This document shows, one piece after another, positions 52,356-55,515 of a stretch of DNA of 55,515 bases. The stretch covers positions 1-55,515 of the forward strand of contig JAAZJX010000002.1 in the NCBI GenBank assembly GCA_012800155.1, given 5' to 3'. The translations under genes were made by a program, and so were the position numbers. This DNA comes from Candidatus Magasanikiibacteriota bacterium (GTDB taxonomy: Bacteria > Patescibacteriota > Patescibacteriia > Magasanikbacterales > UBA922). The stretch's first letter is position 1, and the number at the start of each line of letters is the position of its first letter. Below the pieces are notes generated by a model. It was not told where the DNA came from and did not search any database. It saw nothing but the letters and a program-made list of their open reading frames with translations.

Positions 52356-55301
52356 TTATATTTTTCTATATTCACAAATATCACGAAAATCACATTTTTT
52401 ACAAATAAACTGATTTGGTTTAGCTTTAAAATTATTACTTTTTATTTCCTCAATAGTTTTAATAATTTTCTCTTTATGATTTTCTAAATCTTTTTCTTTT
52501 CCAATAAACTCTAACTTTGTTCCATCTTCTAAATAATAAAATGATAATTTTCCAACTTCACCAATATTTTTATATTGTGGCAAACTTTGAGCAGCGATTT
52601 GATAAATTAATAATTGATTTTTATCATCACCAACCAGATTTTCTTTAGCTTTTCCAGTTTTATAATCAATAATTTCTAAAGATCCATCAGCTAATTGATC
52701 AATACGATCAATTCTACCATTGATAAAATAATCCCCTACTTTAATTTTAAACCAACCTTCCAAAGAAACAGGAATAGTCCAATTATTTTCTTGTGATTTA
52801 TAAAAAATTTTTAAAATATTTTTACCTTTTTTATAATATAATTCTCGTTGACGAGTACTCTCATACCAATCATCTATCCAAGATTCTTCATATAAACTTA
52901 ATAGATCTTCAAGAGTTGGTACTTTAATTTGACCAGTTTTACTTTCTGTTTTTTTTACCGTATTAAACAAAGATTCTTGTTTAATACTATTCATTTCTAT
53001 TACTTTATTATAAAATTTATGTAAAGTATTATGTATACTTTGACCAAAACTTAAACTAGCTGATCCTTTGGTGGGAATTTTTAAAACATGAGCCAATTTA
53101 TATTGATATGGACAATGTTGGTAAGAATTAATTTGTGAATAAGAAAATTTATCTGGCAATTCATAAATATTTTTTTCTAAGCTGGTGGTTTTTGTTTTCT
53201 TTTTGATAAAATTATCAATAATTTTAATTTTTTCTTTTATATTTTTAAAATTATTTTTAACAAAATCAATTTCTGATAAAAAACGACTAATTTTTTTACT
53301 TCTTGTTCCACCATAATCTTCAGCGCTAGAAAAAAATAATTTTTCTTTAGCTCTAGTAACTGCAACATAGAACAGTCGACGCTCTTCTTGAATATGAAAA
53401 TCTCCTTCTGGTAAACTTTCTCTTATTAATTCAGTTGGTAATTCTATAGCTTCACCTCGTCGTCTAGTAGGAAATCTTTCTTCAACCATATTTACTATAA
53501 AAACATATTTAGCTTTTAAACCTTTAGCGCCATGAATAGTCATTATATTTACTGATTCCGGAGTATCATTTGGTTGATAGAGAGCACCTTCATCACCTGC
53601 TTGAACTACATAATTATAATATTCTATAAAATCAACTACTCTAGCTTCTGGATTATTTTCTTCAAATTTTTTTAAATAAGAAAAAAATTCTTTTAATTGA
53701 TATATTTGTTTAATAACTTTTTGATTATTTTTTTTCTCTTGTTTAATTAAATAAGAAAAATAACCACTATTTTCAAAAAAATCTAAAAGTAAAGTAGTTG
53801 GTTTGTGACTTTTGGCATTTTTCATTCCCTCTTTTAATAAATTTAAAAGTCGTGTAGTCATTTTAGCAGTATTTTCTGATACCCCAGCTTCAAAAGCACG
53901 TTTTAAAACATCAAAATATGAAATTGATTTTTTCTTAGCAAAATAAGTAATTTTTTGTAAGTCTTCTTCATTAATATTTAAAAAAGGCAAAAGAAGTAAA
54001 CGATATAATGATGATGATTCACGATATTGATCTATAACTTTCAAAAAATTAATAGCATCCATTACAATCGGTTGATGAAATAAGCCTGAAGAAGCTAAAA
54101 ATTCAAAAGGAATACCACGCTTTTCAAACTCAGCAATAAATGGTTCAACATGACTATTCGCTCGAGCAAGAATTAAAAAATCATCCCAACTAGCTACTTC
54201 ATTTTTCTTAATTTCCAAAATTTTTTCAGCTACTTTTTCTGCTTCTTCTTCTAAAGTTAAACCTTGTAAATGTTCAATCTTACTTCCTTTTTTATTAGAA
54301 ATTAATCGTTTATTTAAATTTAATTTTACTTCCAATCGATCAGGATTATTATTTTGAATAGACTGATAAGCCAAATCTAAAATTTCTTGTCCGGAACGAT
54401 AATTTTCTGTCAAAACTATTTCTTTACTATTCACAAAATCATCTTTAAAACGCAATATATTGGAAACACTAGCTCCACGAAAAGCATAAATACTTTGGTC
54501 ATCATCACCAACAACAGTTAACTGATTAAATTCTTTATTAAATAATAAATTAACTAATTCATATTGAGCATGATTTACATCTTGAAATTCATCTACTAAA
54601 ATATATTTAAATTGTTTTTGTAAAAATTTTAAAATGTTTTTTCTTTTTTGCAAAAGTTTCACTGTGTAAAAAATTAAATCTCCAAAATCCAAAGAATTAT
54701 TATCCAATAAAACTTGATTATAAACCTGATAAGCATTGGCAATTTCTATTAAACGAATTTTTTCATCTTTATTTACTTCAGCTGTAGATAATTTTATACT
54801 TTTTGCATAATTCAAATATTCTTGTGGAGTAATTAATTCATCTTTACACTTTGAAAAATGTTTAATTAATTCATGAATATGTCGTGTTGGATTACCTAAT
54901 GGTCGATAATAGTCTAAATTAAATTTATTTAAATTTTCCCGAATCAAAAGCCAAGCATCAATTTGGTTGAGTCTTTTAAATTGATTAGGTAAACCAATAT
55001 CTAAAGCATAATTTTCTAAGATTCTTTGACAAAAAGCATGAAAAGTTGAAATTTGCATTTCTGTATAACCAATATCCAAAAGATTGCTTACACGATCTTC
55101 CATTTCTTCTGCTGCTTTTTCAGTAAAAGTTAAAGCCAAAATTTCTTCTGGTTTTGCTAAATTATTTTTTATTAAATAAGCAATTTTTTCAGTGATTACA
55201 GTTGTTTTACCTGTACCCGCACCAGCCACAATTAAAAGTGGACCAGAAATATATTCTATTGCTTCTTTTTGATTTTGATTTAAAGAATGTTTTTTTGTCA
55301 T
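52356..55301 (-). CDS. UvrD/PcrA-family SF1 helicase fused to a C-terminal PD-(D/E)XK nuclease with a 4-Cys (Cas4/AddB-type) cluster
   Basis: I moved the start to the ATG at 55301 (MTKKHSLNQNQKEAIEY), because the ORF-track start at 55373 lies inside the upstream terminator hairpin. Helicase motifs: AGAGTGKTT, DEFQDVN, NYRSGQ, TIHGAKGL, VAVTRAK. The C-terminus has CPYQYK ... GRIDRID ... EIIDYKTGK ... CKKCDFRDIC. Confidence 0.88.
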   Translation of the reverse strand: MTKKHSLNQNQKEAIEYISGPLLIVAGAGTGKTTVITEKIAYLIKNNLAKPEEILALTFTEKAAEEMEDRVSNLLDIGYTEMQISTFHAFCQRILENYALDIGLPNQFKRLNQIDAWLLIRENLNKFNLDYYRPLGNPTRHIHELIKHFSKCKDELITPQEYLNYAKSIKLSTAEVNKDEKIRLIEIANAYQVYNQVLLDNNSLDFGDLIFYTVKLLQKRKNILKFLQKQFKYILVDEFQDVNHAQYELVNLLFNKEFNQLTVVGDDDQSIYAFRGASVSNILRFKDDFVNSKEIVLTENYRSGQEILDLAYQSIQNNNPDRLEVKLNLNKRLISNKKGSKIEHLQGLTLEEEAEKVAEKILEIKKNEVASWDDFLILARANSHVEPFIAEFEKRGIPFEFLASSGLFHQPIVMDAINFLKVIDQYRESSSLYRLLLLPFLNINEEDLQKITYFAKKKSISYFDVLKRAFEAGVSENTAKMTTRLLNLLKEGMKNAKSHKPTTLLLDFFENSGYFSYLIKQEKKNNQKVIKQIYQLKEFFSYLKKFEENNPEARVVDFIEYYNYVVQAGDEGALYQPNDTPESVNIMTIHGAKGLKAKYVFIVNMVEERFPTRRRGEAIELPTELIRESLPEGDFHIQEERRLFYVAVTRAKEKLFFSSAEDYGGTRSKKISRFLSEIDFVKNNFKNIKEKIKIIDNFIKKKTKTTSLEKNIYELPDKFSYSQINSYQHCPYQYKLAHVLKIPTKGSASLSFGQSIHNTLHKFYNKVIEMNSIKQESLFNTVKKTESKTGQIKVPTLEDLLSLYEESWIDDWYESTRQRELYYKKGKNILKIFYKSQENNWTIPVSLEGWFKIKVGDYFINGRIDRIDQLADGSLEIIDYKTGKAKENLVGDDKNQLLIYQIAAQSLPQYKNIGEVGKLSFYYLEDGTKLEFIGKEKDLENHKEKIIKTIEEIKSNNFKAKPNQFICKKCDFRDICEYRKI

Positions 55302-55357
55302 GTTAATTAAAAATTTAAAACACAAATATATTACCATTTTTTTTACTTTTATACAAA

Positions 55358-55391
55358 TAAAAACAACCGACATTAGTGTCGGTTGTTTTTA
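55358..55391 (-). terminator. Rho-independent terminator of the upstream (partial) gene
   Basis: Stem ACAACCGACA (55363-72) / TGTCGGTTGT (55377-86), loop TTAG, with A/T runs on both sides. It begins right after the stop codon at 55392-94. Confidence 0.8.
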
Positions 55392-55515
55392 TTATTGTTC
55401 ATCTAAATCATCGTCTTCTTCATCCTCTTCGTTTTCATAGCAAGTACAACAATCAGCGCAACCTTCACATTTTGAACAAATTTCATCTTCTAATAATACT
55501 GCGTCACAATATGGA
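55392..55515 (-). CDS. C-terminal fragment of a Cys-rich protein with an acidic tail (N-terminus outside the window)
   Basis: My translation of the minus strand is ...PYCDAVLLEDEICSKCEGCADCCTCYENEEDEEDDDLDEQ*. It contains a CxxCxxCxxCC pattern reminiscent of Fe-S or zinc-binding motifs. It is too short to name. Confidence 0.4.
   Translation of the reverse strand, partial: PYCDAVLLEDEICSKCEGCADCCTCYENEEDEEDDDLDEQ

Noticed and set aside
11203-55373. Longest-ORF start codons for rpsD (11203), rpoA (11882, TTG), rplM (12978), fmt (19642), the DD-carboxypeptidase (23481) and the helicase-nuclease (55373).
   Set aside because: The extensions overlap the preceding gene or, for 55373, a terminator hairpin. 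They add residues unlike the conserved N-termini. Internal ATGs at 11245, 11906, 13032, 19603, 23427 and 55301 give canonical N-termini or a signal peptide.
1-55515. Alternative genetic code (UGA recoded, as in some CPR lineages) and CRISPR arrays.
   Set aside because: TGA terminates well-supported genes; the HD-domain gene, for example, ends ...PVEL-TGA at 6172-6174, overlapping the mnmA start. ORFs are full length under the standard code. No regularly spaced direct repeats were seen anywhere in the window.

Overview
This is a very AT-rich, tightly packed bacterial chromosome segment. Hand counts of sample 60-nt lines give about 23-30% G+C. The gene content and architecture look like a reduced-genome, Patescibacteria/CPR-like organism, but that is an inference, not a database result. 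UGA is used as a stop codon (for example 6172-6174), so the genetic code appears standard.

Most of the window is housekeeping:
- Replication, repair and stress: dnaX, a DUF721/DciA-like protein, a UvrD-type helicase-nuclease, greA and clpB.
- Translation: mnmA, alaS, the infA-rpmJ-rpsM-rpsK-rpsD-rpoA-rplQ-rplM-rpsI block, fmt-def, gltX, serS, lysS, proS and one tRNA-Gln(CUG).
- Envelope: murA, a surface-polysaccharide cluster (flippase, GT4, GT2, O-antigen-ligase-like), tagA-like, and a cell-wall/division block (FtsQ-like, FemAB-like, DegT-like, MurF-like, mreBCD-mrdA).

No rRNA genes and no CRISPR array were seen.

Two segments have clearly foreign base composition:
- 1-661 is the edge of an integrated element. 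It carries a serine recombinase that runs off the window and abuts the 3' end of tRNA-Gln.
- About 23.5-25.1 kb is a single-gene insert. It encodes a molybdenum-cofactor-sulfurase-like class V PLP enzyme with its own promoter and an operator-like inverted repeat.

The most striking signal sits at the right edge of the second insert, in its 3' UTR. It is a complete type III hammerhead self-cleaving ribozyme motif (25009-25072, + strand) with all invariant core nucleotides and three correctly placed stems.

Other points worth a second look:
- A CIRCE-like operator on the clpB promoter.
- A DnaA-box cluster upstream of infA.
- A 430-bp AT-rich non-coding gap bounded by a 13-bp inverted repeat.
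- An orphan histidine kinase with an 8-Cys N-terminus, translationally coupled to a membrane protein.
- An RpoA that lacks the alpha C-terminal domain.
- Several unusual domain fusions or truncations: RdgB-Nudix, a membrane-anchored MurF-like ligase, and short AlaRS and ProRS.
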